In this document: positions 34,768 to 42,796 of the stretch, one piece after another
How positions within the stretch are numbered: the stretch's first letter is position 1
Layout of the letters: every line of letters starts with the position of its first letter
DNA from: Vicinamibacterales bacterium
GTDB taxonomy: Bacteria > Acidobacteriota > Vicinamibacteria > Vicinamibacterales > 2-12-FULL-66-21
Reading direction: 5' to 3'
Length of the DNA stretch: 64,000 bases
NCBI GenBank assembly: GCA_035495555.1
Contig: DATJFQ010000042.1
Coordinates: 75,893-139,892, forward strand
Notes under the pieces: generated by a model
Told to the model about the DNA's origin: nothing
The model's input: only the letters and a program-made list of their open reading frames with translations
Database searches by the model: none
Translations under genes and position numbers: made by a program

Positions 34768-36896
34768 CGCCGCCTCGGGCGCGCGGGCAGCCGCAGTGTA
34801 AACGTCGATCCTTCTCCCTGTGTACTGGTCAAGTCGATCGTGCCTCCGAGCATCTGTGACAATCTCCGGCAAATCGAGAGACCAAGACCCGTGCCGCCAT
34901 AGCCGCGCGTGGGTGAGCTGTCGAGCTGACGGAAGTCCTCGAAGACCTTGGCCTGATCTTCCTTCGCAATGCCGACACCCGTATCTCGCACGGAGATCGA
35001 CATCTGCTTGGCGCGGCGCTCGAATGCCGCCTGGATGGTGACCGATCCCGCCGGCGTGAACTTCAAGGCATTGCTGAGCAGGTTCAGCACGATCTGCTTG
35101 ACCTTCTGGCGGTCGCTCCGGAGTTTCGGCAGCGGTCCTTTGGCCTTCGACGTGACGGCGAGATTGCTGCGGCGGATGATCGGCTCGAGCTCCGCCATCA
35201 CCTCCGCGATCAAATCCCCCACAGCGAACGAGGTCACGTTCAGCGGCATCCGGCCGGCTTCGATCCGTGTGATGTCGAGGATGTCGTTGATCAGGGCGAG
35301 CAGGTGCCGCGAGTTCGAGTCAATCCGCGTCAGGCTCTTGCGCTGCGGCTCGGTCACCTGTCCGGTCACGTTGTTGAGCAGCATGTGCGTGTAGCCGAGG
35401 ATCGCGTTCAGCGGCGTCCGGAACTCGTGCGACATGTTGGCGAGGAACTGCGATTTCAGCGCGGACGCCTGCTCGAGCTCGATGTGCTGCCGCCGCAGCA
35501 GCTCGTTCTGTTCGGCGAGTTCGGCCGTCGCTTCCTGCACTTTCCGTTCGAGCTGTTCCGATGCGTGCTTCAACTGCTCGTACAGCTTTCCCTTCTCGAT
35601 CGCCTCCGTGAGATCGTGCAGGATCGTCACGACCCACATCAGTTCGCCCTGTTCCGACAGGATCGTGCCCGCCAGCGCTTCGACCGGCAGCGGACGACCT
35701 GTGACGGGGTCGGCCAGCTGGATCTCACCGCGATAGCGCTGCTCTCCCGAGCGCGTCAGCACGTTGGACACGAACGAGGTCAGGTTTGCGCCGTTCGCGC
35801 GCACGCGCCGCAGCGCGGCTTCCATCTCCGTCGCCGGCGACGGGCTGAACAGCCGTTCCGCCGGTGTATTCATCAACACGATGTCGCCTTCCTGATCCGT
35901 CACGAGGATCGGGTCGGCAACCGAGTCGATGATCAGATCCAGCCGGTGGCGCTCGTCGCGCACTTCCGCCTGAGCGACCCGCAGCGTCCGATAGCTCTCT
36001 TCGATTTCTTCCTTCGCGCGCGCCAGGTCCGTCACGTTGCGGAGGATCGATACGACGAACGTCCCCTGCCGCTCGTCCTTCGCGCGGGAGCTGAGCAGCT
36101 CGAACAGCAGATCGGACCCTTCGAGCGGGTCCACCAGCAGCAGCTCGCGGCGCGCGAGCTCCGACATCGTGACGGCGCTCGTGGACAACGCCGCAGAGAA
36201 CAACATGTTGTTGAGCGCGACGGCCCGGCGCCAGCCCTCGCTCGACTCTTCAGGGGCGGCAAACAGCTTCTCCGCATGGCTGTTCGCGATGATCAGTTTG
36301 CCTTCCGTGTCGGTGAGCAGAATCGGGTCGGTGACCGCATTGATGATGCTGTAGAGCAGCATCCGCTCCTGGCCGAATCGCGTCTCCGCCAGCAGTTGTC
36401 GGCTGAGCAGCCTCGAAACCTGTTTTCCGAGCGTGCGCGCCAGCCACAGCGTGTCCGGATCGATCTGCGGGGACGCCGTGCTGGCAAGGAGGAGCCCCTG
36501 CGCCGTTTCACGGGTGTCGGCCCGCAGCGGGATCGCGTGAAACGCGCGCGCCTCGATGGGCGCTCGCAGATGGGGCGGCAGGGTGGAGATGAAGACCGGC
36601 TCCGGACTCGAGAGCGCCTGGACGAGCGGGTGCTTCCCATCGTCCCGGCTCAGCGCGAAGTCCATGATCGCGGCGCTCGAAACGCCGTGCTCCGCGACGA
36701 GCAGCATCTCGTTCGAGAGCGCCTCGACGACGAGCACGACGGCCTGCTCCACGGGCGCGTGAGCGACGACCCAGTCCACGGCCCGCCGCGCGGACTCCTG
36801 GATGTCCATGCTCGTCAGCAGAAATTCGACGAGCGCGAGCTTCGGTTCCGAATCCAGCGACGACACGGACGCCATCTGCGCCGCCACGCGCGACAC
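34764..36896 (-). CDS. Cytoplasmic GAF/PAS-PAS sensor histidine kinase
   Basis: H-box SHEFRTPLNAILGY, N/G boxes LLSNALKFT and GTGLGLSICRRL, and two PAS-like segments (VTDPILLTDTEGKLIIAN, VADPILVTDQEGDIVLMN). No obvious TM segment. GTG start 6 nt after the gvpA stop. Confidence 0.85.
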   Translation of the reverse strand: MSRVAAQMASVSSLDSEPKLALVEFLLTSMDIQESARRAVDWVVAHAPVEQAVVLVVEALSNEMLLVAEHGVSSAAIMDFALSRDDGKHPLVQALSSPEPVFISTLPPHLRAPIEARAFHAIPLRADTRETAQGLLLASTASPQIDPDTLWLARTLGKQVSRLLSRQLLAETRFGQERMLLYSIINAVTDPILLTDTEGKLIIANSHAEKLFAAPEESSEGWRRAVALNNMLFSAALSTSAVTMSELARRELLLVDPLEGSDLLFELLSSRAKDERQGTFVVSILRNVTDLARAKEEIEESYRTLRVAQAEVRDERHRLDLIIDSVADPILVTDQEGDIVLMNTPAERLFSPSPATEMEAALRRVRANGANLTSFVSNVLTRSGEQRYRGEIQLADPVTGRPLPVEALAGTILSEQGELMWVVTILHDLTEAIEKGKLYEQLKHASEQLERKVQEATAELAEQNELLRRQHIELEQASALKSQFLANMSHEFRTPLNAILGYTHMLLNNVTGQVTEPQRKSLTRIDSNSRHLLALINDILDITRIEAGRMPLNVTSFAVGDLIAEVMAELEPIIRRSNLAVTSKAKGPLPKLRSDRQKVKQIVLNLLSNALKFTPAGSVTIQAAFERRAKQMSISVRDTGVGIAKEDQAKVFEDFRQLDSSPTRGYGGTGLGLSICRRLSQMLGGTIDLTSTQGEGSTFTLRLPARPRRR

Positions 36897-36902
36897 GGGT
36901 GT

Positions 36903-37223
36903 TTACCCCTCGACGTTTCGGCGGCGCCCGCTGCGTCCTTTGGACGCGGCGAGTTCGGCACGCAGTGCCGCGTTCTCGGCAATGACGTCCTGGTGGGAGG
37001 GCAGTTCGGCCGCGGGACGCGACACCGGGGCGACCTGGCCGACCGCTTCGGAATACTTCAGATAGGTGTCGATTGACGCCACCACGACGCGCGCCTCGAC
37101 GGTGATCAGGTCGATGCCCACCAGCGACACGCGAACCCACGCGTCGATGACGATGCCTTTGTCGAGCACGCGGTCGAGGACGTCGATGAGACTCGTGCCG
37201 CCTGCAGCTCGTTCAACTGCCAT
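36903..37223 (-). CDS. gvpA: Major gas vesicle structural protein GvpA (with C-terminal extension)
   Basis: [52 protein letters not shown] is near-canonical GvpA. A GGGAGAG Shine-Dalgarno lies 7 nt upstream of the ATG. Confidence 0.95.
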   Translation of the reverse strand: MAVERAAGGTSLIDVLDRVLDKGIVIDAWVRVSLVGIDLITVEARVVVASIDTYLKYSEAVGQVAPVSRPAAELPSHQDVIAENAALRAELAASKGRSGRRRNVEG

Positions 37224-37247
37224 GTCATGTCTCTCCCAAGCTACCGT

Positions 37248-37583
37248 TCAACGCCGGCGGCGGGTCGCGCCCCGGGGGACTGAAAGTGCATCCACACGTG
37301 CCTGCAACTCCTGCAGCTGGGCTCGCAACTGGTCGTGTTCGGCGATGCCGGCGCGCGTCGCGCCGGGCGAGAGATCACGATCGTACCGCCACCAGTCGAG
37401 ACCGATCTCCTGAGCCTTGTCGAGCGAGCAGACGAGAAGGCGGATACGAATCGTCAGCAGCTCGACTTCGGCCAGGGACACCTTGATGTCGCCGGCGATG
37501 ACGAGCCCCTTGTCGAGCACGCGGTCCAGGACGTCGACCAGTCCTGTCCCGCGCTGGTGGGACCCTGGGAGCTCGAGAGGCAT
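37248..37583 (-). CDS. gvpJ: GvpJ-like small gas vesicle protein (GvpA/J family)
   Basis: [52 protein letters not shown]. Start at MPLELPG. The track ORF extending to 37721 runs into gnd. Confidence 0.85.
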   Translation of the reverse strand: MPLELPGSHQRGTGLVDVLDRVLDKGLVIAGDIKVSLAEVELLTIRIRLLVCSLDKAQEIGLDWWRYDRDLSPGATRAGIAEHDQLRAQLQELQARVDALSVPRGATRRRR

Positions 37584-37592
37584 GCGGTTGCG

Positions 37593-37598
37593 AATATA
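37593..37598 (-). promoter_or_regulatory. Putative -10 element (TATATT, preceded by TGG) of the gvp operon, 9 nt upstream of the gvpJ-like ATG
   Basis: Minus strand reads ...gcgtggTATATTcgcaaccgcATG. This is the only AT-rich hexamer in the 46-nt gnd-gvp spacer, and there is no clear -35. Confidence 0.3.
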
Positions 37599-37629
37599 CC
37601 ACGCAGATCTGAACAGCCTTATTGATGAG

Positions 37630-39066
37630 CTAGCGCGGGTCAGGCGCAGCCTGCAAACCCCAGTCGGCGTGGATGAAGCCGGGCCGCTCGATCCGTTCGA
37701 ACGTGTGGGCGCCAAACGCATCGCGCTGCGCCTGCGTCAAGTTCTGGGGTAAGCGCGCCGTTCGATAACTGTCGAAGTAAGCGAGGCTCGCCGTCATGGC
37801 GGGAATCGGAATGCCTGCCGCTACCGCTGACGCGGCGATGCGGCGCCAGCCGGCCTGCGCGCCCTGCACCTGGCGCCCGAGGCGTTCGTCCATGAGGAGA
37901 TTCACGAGCGCAGGGTCGCGCGTGAACGCAGCCCGGACGTCGTCGAGTACGCGCGCGCGGATGATGCACCCGCCTGTCCAGATTCGCGCCATCTCCGACA
38001 GGTTCACGTGCCAGTCGTAGTGCGCAGAGCCGGCCGCGATGAGCGCCATGCCCTGCGCGTAGCTGCAGATGCGCGACGCGTGCAGCGCATCGGCGACCGA
38101 GTCGACGATCAGTTCGCGGTCCGATGCGGTGAATGCGTCGCTCGTGACGGGTCCATCGAAGCGCGCCGATGCGGATACGCGCTGCTCCTTCATACTCGAG
38201 AGGACGCGCGCGTCGAGTGCGGCGGCAATCGTCGGAATGGGAACGCCGAGGTCGAGCGCGACCTGCGCCGTCCAGAGGCCGGTCCCCTTCTGGCCTGCCT
38301 TGTCCTGAATCACGTCGACGAGTGGCGTGCCCGTCCGGGCATCGATCACGTGACAGACGTGCGCCGTCAATTCGACGAGGAACGACTCGAGGACGCCGGT
38401 GTTCCAGCGCGCGAAGATGTCTCCGATGTCCGGCGTCGACAGCCCGAGCCCGCGATGCAGCACGTCGTAGGCTTCGGCGATGAGTTGCATGTCGCCGTAC
38501 TCGATGCCGTTGTGGACCATCTTCACGAAGTGGCCCGCGCCGTCGGGTCCGACGTGCGTCACGCACGCGCCGGCATCGGTCTTCGCGGCAATCGCCGTCA
38601 GCACATCCTCGATGCGGGCCCACGCGTCAGCGGACCCGCCGGGCATGAGCGACGGCCCGAACCGCGCCCCTTCTTCGCCGCCGGATACGCCGCACCCGAC
38701 GAAGTTCAGTCCCGCGGCCCGCATCTGCGCTTCGCGCCGGCGCGTGTCCTCGAAAAACGAGTTGCCGCCGTCGATGAGGATGTCGCCGCGTTCGAGCAGC
38801 GGTGTGAGCTGGTCAATCATCGAATCCACGGGCGCCCCCGCAGGAATCATCATCATCATGCGGCGCGGCCGCTCGAGTGACGACACGAGATCCTGCAGCG
38901 TCTTCGTGCCCGTGAATGTCGACCCGCGGTGGTCGGCGAGAAATCTGTCCGTCCAGTCCCCCTCGAGGTTCCAGACGGCCACGCTGAAGCCGTGCGATTC
39001 GATGTTGAGCGCCAGATTGCGCCCCATGGTGCCGAGGCCGATCATGCCGAAGCTGCTCACTGCCAT
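37630..39066 (-). CDS. gnd: 6-phosphogluconate dehydrogenase (decarboxylating)
   Basis: MAVSSFGMIGLGTMGRNLALN..., GGNSFF, GVSGGEEGAR and HFVKMVHNGIEYGDMQ. Confidence 0.95.
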   Translation of the reverse strand: MAVSSFGMIGLGTMGRNLALNIESHGFSVAVWNLEGDWTDRFLADHRGSTFTGTKTLQDLVSSLERPRRMMMMIPAGAPVDSMIDQLTPLLERGDILIDGGNSFFEDTRRREAQMRAAGLNFVGCGVSGGEEGARFGPSLMPGGSADAWARIEDVLTAIAAKTDAGACVTHVGPDGAGHFVKMVHNGIEYGDMQLIAEAYDVLHRGLGLSTPDIGDIFARWNTGVLESFLVELTAHVCHVIDARTGTPLVDVIQDKAGQKGTGLWTAQVALDLGVPIPTIAAALDARVLSSMKEQRVSASARFDGPVTSDAFTASDRELIVDSVADALHASRICSYAQGMALIAAGSAHYDWHVNLSEMARIWTGGCIIRARVLDDVRAAFTRDPALVNLLMDERLGRQVQGAQAGWRRIAASAVAAGIPIPAMTASLAYFDSYRTARLPQNLTQAQRDAFGAHTFERIERPGFIHADWGLQAAPDPR

Positions 39067-39980
39067 GCCGGAATCTCCAACGCCGCGGCGAGTGCGCGCT
39101 CGAACGCCAGATCCCGGGTCCGCACGCCGAGTTCCTCGCCGATGACGGCGGTCAACGTGCCCTCGCCGAGCGGTACCACCCGCGTCGATGCATCGCGCCC
39201 CGCGATCTCGGCGCGGAGACAGCCGCGGGTAGCGCGCCGCGCGATCGACACGTGATGGCCGTCCGCGTCGAGCTCCACGGAATCCAGCGGCGCGCGCTGG
39301 TCGCTGCTCCCCGACGGACGCAGATCGATCGTGACGTCCGTCCCCCAGTGCAGCGCCGACCGCAGCCAGCCGGCAAACAGCCGCGCGGCAAACGGATCCG
39401 CGCCCGCGATCGACAGCCGTGTCACCGGCACGCTGCGCACCTCGGGCAGGTCGAACAGGTGCGCGATCACCGACCGCCAGCGCGTGAGGCGCGTCCAGCG
39501 GAGATCCGTCACGGCGCTCTGCTCCACGATGGTATCGACGATCGACCACGCACTCGACGGGTCGAGGACGTCGATGATCAGCCGATCGGCCAGATGCGCG
39601 ATCTCCTGGAGCGACTCTGGCGCTCCTCCGCGCCACCACACGGCGGTCGGCAGGCTCGAGAGCCGCAGCGCGGCCACCGCGTTGTTGAGAAACTTGGGCG
39701 CGAGGCCCGCAATGCCGATCGCGTGCTCCGTGACGCGCGCCGTGGGCGTCGTCTCGCCTCCCTCGGAGATGAGAATCGCGCGGACGCCTTCGGCCTCGCT
39801 GAGGTGCGCCAGCGCGTCCGCAGCGTCGATCAGACGATCGTGTTCACCGACAACGACAACCGTCGCCGTCAGCGCCCGCGCCGGTCCGCCTTTGCGCCGG
39901 CGGCCGTCGCGGGCCAGCCGCGCCAGCGTTGCTTCGATGTCGGCAAACGGCACCTCGCGTCCGTTCGGCAGCAGTGTCAT
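39057..39980 (-). CDS. opcA: Glucose-6-phosphate dehydrogenase assembly protein OpcA-like
   Basis: Lies between zwf and gnd. LPTAVWWRG...DRLIIDV...DLRWTRLTRWR motifs are typical of OpcA. Confidence 0.7.
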   Translation of the reverse strand: MTLLPNGREVPFADIEATLARLARDGRRRKGGPARALTATVVVVGEHDRLIDAADALAHLSEAEGVRAILISEGGETTPTARVTEHAIGIAGLAPKFLNNAVAALRLSSLPTAVWWRGGAPESLQEIAHLADRLIIDVLDPSSAWSIVDTIVEQSAVTDLRWTRLTRWRSVIAHLFDLPEVRSVPVTRLSIAGADPFAARLFAGWLRSALHWGTDVTIDLRPSGSSDQRAPLDSVELDADGHHVSIARRATRGCLRAEIAGRDASTRVVPLGEGTLTAVIGEELGVRTRDLAFERALAAALEIPAWQ

Positions 39981-39991
39981 GTCAGGGGAAG

Positions 39992-41530
39992 TCACAGCGT
40001 CCTCCAACGGCGGCCGTCCGCCTGGATCAAGTGGTCGGCCTCGGGCGGTCCCCACTCGCCCGCCTCATACGTCGGGATCGACTCGAGGCCCGACGCTTCC
40101 CACATCTGGTGCACGGGCGTGATCAACGCCCACGAGTTCTCGACGAAATCGTGGCGCGCGAACAGCGTGGGGTCGCCGAGCAGCGCGTCGAGCAGCAGCG
40201 TCTCGTAGGCTTCCGGCACCGGCTTCCCGAAGGCGCTCCCGTAGCGGAAATTCATCATCACCGGCGCGAGCTGCATCCGGCTGCCCGGCAGTTTCGCCTC
40301 GAACCGCAGCGAGATCCCTTCGTCGGGCTGGACGTTCACGATCAGGAGGTTCGGCGCGATCGGAGTCGGGCTGACCCGTTTGAAGATGTGCAGCGGCGGA
40401 CGCCGGAACTGAATCGCGATTTCCGTCGTGCGTTTGGGCAGGCGCTTGCCGGTGCGGAGGAAGAAGGGAACGCCCGCCCAGCGCCAGCTATCGAGCTGCA
40501 GGCGCAGCGCGACGAATGTCTCGGTCACCGACGTCGGACTGACACCGTCCTCCTGCCGATACCCCGGCACTTCTTTGCCGTTCACCCAGCCCGCGGTGTA
40601 CTGCGCCCGAACGACGTTGTGCGCGCCGCCGTTCTCGCCGTTCTGGGGCACGAGCGGCTGAATGCTCAGCAGCGCGTCCAGCTTGCGATCCCGCACGTTC
40701 TCGGCCGAAAAGCGGATCGGGGGCTCCATCGCCACCAGTGTGAGGACCTGCATCAGATGGTTCTGTACCATGTCGCGCAGCGCACCCGCACCTTCGTAGT
40801 AGCCGGCGCGGCGTTCGACGCCGACGGTCTCCGCTGCGGTGATTTGCACATGATCGATATAGCGCCGGTTCCACACCGGCTCGAACATACCGTTGGCAAA
40901 CCTGAAGACGAGCAGGTTCTGTACCGTTTCCTTCCCGAGGTAGTGATCGATACGAAAGATCTGCGGCTCGTCGAGGTGCTGGTGGAGAACGGCGTTGAGA
41001 TCCCGCGCGGTCTTCAGGTCCGTACCGAACGGCTTCTCGACGATCACCCGCCGCCAGCCGGCCGGCGTACGCGGCTTCACGAGACCCGCCTCGCTTAACC
41101 GCTTCACGACATCCCCATAGACCGACGGCGGAATCGCAAAGTAGAACAGCACCCCGTCGGGCCAGCCCGGCTCCGAAATTTTCGCCGCGATCCGCGAGTA
41201 CAGCGCCGGATCATCCATCTCACCGCCGACGTAGAAGAGATCCGACGCGAGCGCGGTGGATACGTCGTCGGGTTGGGCGAGACCCGCGAACTGCTTCAGG
41301 CTGTCGTGGAAATGCGCGCGGAACGCGTCGTCAGTCCAGTCGGTACGCGCGACGCCAAGGACCTTGAACTGCGCCGGCAGCCGCTGGCCGCGCGCGAGTT
41401 GGTAGAGCGCCGGAAGCAGCTTGCGATTGGTGAGGTCGCCCGAGGCGCCGAAGATGACCAGAACCGTCGGTTCGGGCGTGGGCTCGATACGGAGCCCGTC
41501 GAGCAAGGGATTCGTCGCCGCAACGTCCAC
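39992..41530 (-). CDS. zwf: Glucose-6-phosphate 1-dehydrogenase
   Basis: VIFGASGDLTNRKLLPAL, RIDHYLGKE and EKPFG motifs. Confidence 0.95.
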   Translation of the reverse strand: MDVAATNPLLDGLRIEPTPEPTVLVIFGASGDLTNRKLLPALYQLARGQRLPAQFKVLGVARTDWTDDAFRAHFHDSLKQFAGLAQPDDVSTALASDLFYVGGEMDDPALYSRIAAKISEPGWPDGVLFYFAIPPSVYGDVVKRLSEAGLVKPRTPAGWRRVIVEKPFGTDLKTARDLNAVLHQHLDEPQIFRIDHYLGKETVQNLLVFRFANGMFEPVWNRRYIDHVQITAAETVGVERRAGYYEGAGALRDMVQNHLMQVLTLVAMEPPIRFSAENVRDRKLDALLSIQPLVPQNGENGGAHNVVRAQYTAGWVNGKEVPGYRQEDGVSPTSVTETFVALRLQLDSWRWAGVPFFLRTGKRLPKRTTEIAIQFRRPPLHIFKRVSPTPIAPNLLIVNVQPDEGISLRFEAKLPGSRMQLAPVMMNFRYGSAFGKPVPEAYETLLLDALLGDPTLFARHDFVENSWALITPVHQMWEASGLESIPTYEAGEWGPPEADHLIQADGRRWRTL

Positions 41531-41534
41531 GGGG

Positions 41535-41620
41535 CGATCTTATCGGAGATCGATGGCCGATGACCGATGTTCGATGACCGATGTTCGATGGCCGATGGCC
41601 GATGGCCGATGGCCGATGGC
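41535..41620. repeat. Heptanucleotide tandem array that fills the spacer between the HEAT-protein stop and the zwf start
   Basis: Ten consecutive CGATGNN units at 41551-41620 (cgatggc, cgatgac, cgatgtt, cgatgac, cgatgtt, then cgatggc x5), preceded by degenerate units. Confidence 0.95.
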
Positions 41621-41622
41621 CG

Positions 41623-42795
41623 CTAACGCCTCTCGAGGAATGCGAGCGCTTTGGGTGTCCCAAGGAGGCGGAGGTTCGTGCGGGCGACCGCGCGAAGGGC
41701 CGGGTCGGGGTCGGACTGCGCGATGCGAATGAGCTCGTCTTCGTCGCGCGCGTTGAAGAGCGCCGTCAGCAATGCCTTGCGGCTGTCGGCGGGCACCGCC
41801 TTGTAGAGGATGCGCAGCTCGTCGCGGCCGCCGGCGCGGCCGAGCGTGACGATCGCGGTGTTGCGAACCGTCACGTCGCCCTCCGACTGCGCGATGCGCA
41901 GGAGCGCCGATTTGTCGGACCGTTCGCCGAGGGACGTCACCACCTCGCGCTTCACCCGCGGCGTACCGGCGTGATACACGTCCAGCAACTCCCGCGATAC
42001 GTTCGGATTGGCAAAGCGTCCCAGTTCCTTGACGGCTTCAACCCGCACCGGCTCCGCCGCAAGCTTTGCGACTTCCAGCACCGACGACTGCGCCTTCGGG
42101 TTCGAGGACTGCGCGAGCACGAACACCGCGCGGCGGCCGTCACCGGGCGATGCGGGATCCAGCGCAATTTCCTTCAGCAGGGGAATGACGCGATCCGGGT
42201 GCGTCTGCATCAGGCTCCCGAGCGCCTGAATCCTGAGATTCGTGTCCGGCGGCAGCGGCGACATGACCCAGACATTCGCCTCCGGCGCGAGCGGCGGATT
42301 CGACGGTACGGCGAGCGCCGGCTGCGGCGGCAGCGGCGCGATGACAGGGGTGGGACGCGGTGACCGCGGTCGCATCGAGGTCGCGGGCGCAGCAGGCGCG
42401 GGCGGTGCAGGAGCGACGGCCGGCGTTTCGGGGCGCGCCGTCTGCCAGAGCACGTCGTCGCGATTCAGCTTCTGGGCAATCTCGAGGCGAAGCGACTGCG
42501 CGAACCGGATCCACGGACTCGACGGAAATTCCCGCTGCAGGCGCGCAATGGTTTCGAGCGCCGCGACCTGCTCGCCTGTCTGATTCTGACAATGCGCCAG
42601 CCAGAACATCGCTTCGGCGCGGCTCGGCTCTTTGGGATCGGCCGCGGCGGCTTTGAGATCCGCGATCGCGCTCACCCAATGCTCGTCCGCGATGGCGTCC
42701 TTGGCATGCGCCATCCGCCTGGATTCTGCCGGTGCCGCCGAAGCCGCCGCAGCGATCATCGAGTACCCAACCAGGAAAACAAAGAATCGTCGCAT
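41623..42795 (-). CDS. Secreted TPR/HEAT-repeat protein downstream of the ECF sigma/anti-sigma pair
   Basis: Start at MRRFFVFLVGYSMIAAAASA (signal peptide). The C-terminal half has HEAT-like repeats (DPALRAVA...). Confidence 0.6.
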   Translation of the reverse strand: MRRFFVFLVGYSMIAAAASAAPAESRRMAHAKDAIADEHWVSAIADLKAAAADPKEPSRAEAMFWLAHCQNQTGEQVAALETIARLQREFPSSPWIRFAQSLRLEIAQKLNRDDVLWQTARPETPAVAPAPPAPAAPATSMRPRSPRPTPVIAPLPPQPALAVPSNPPLAPEANVWVMSPLPPDTNLRIQALGSLMQTHPDRVIPLLKEIALDPASPGDGRRAVFVLAQSSNPKAQSSVLEVAKLAAEPVRVEAVKELGRFANPNVSRELLDVYHAGTPRVKREVVTSLGERSDKSALLRIAQSEGDVTVRNTAIVTLGRAGGRDELRILYKAVPADSRKALLTALFNARDEDELIRIAQSDPDPALRAVARTNLRLLGTPKALAFLERR

Positions 42796-42796
42796 G

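Noticed and set aside
32716-37076. Plus-strand ORFs 32716-34329 (537 aa) and 35304-37076 (590 aa) across the gvp operon
   Set aside because: They are antisense to the ArsA-like, gvpG, gvpF, kinase and gvpA genes, all of which have strong family motifs. The translations are Arg-rich and motif-free.
41581-42363. 260-aa plus-strand ORF beginning MFDGRWPMADGRWP…
   Set aside because: The repetitive N-terminus is just the heptamer array read in frame. The rest is antisense to the HEAT/TPR gene.
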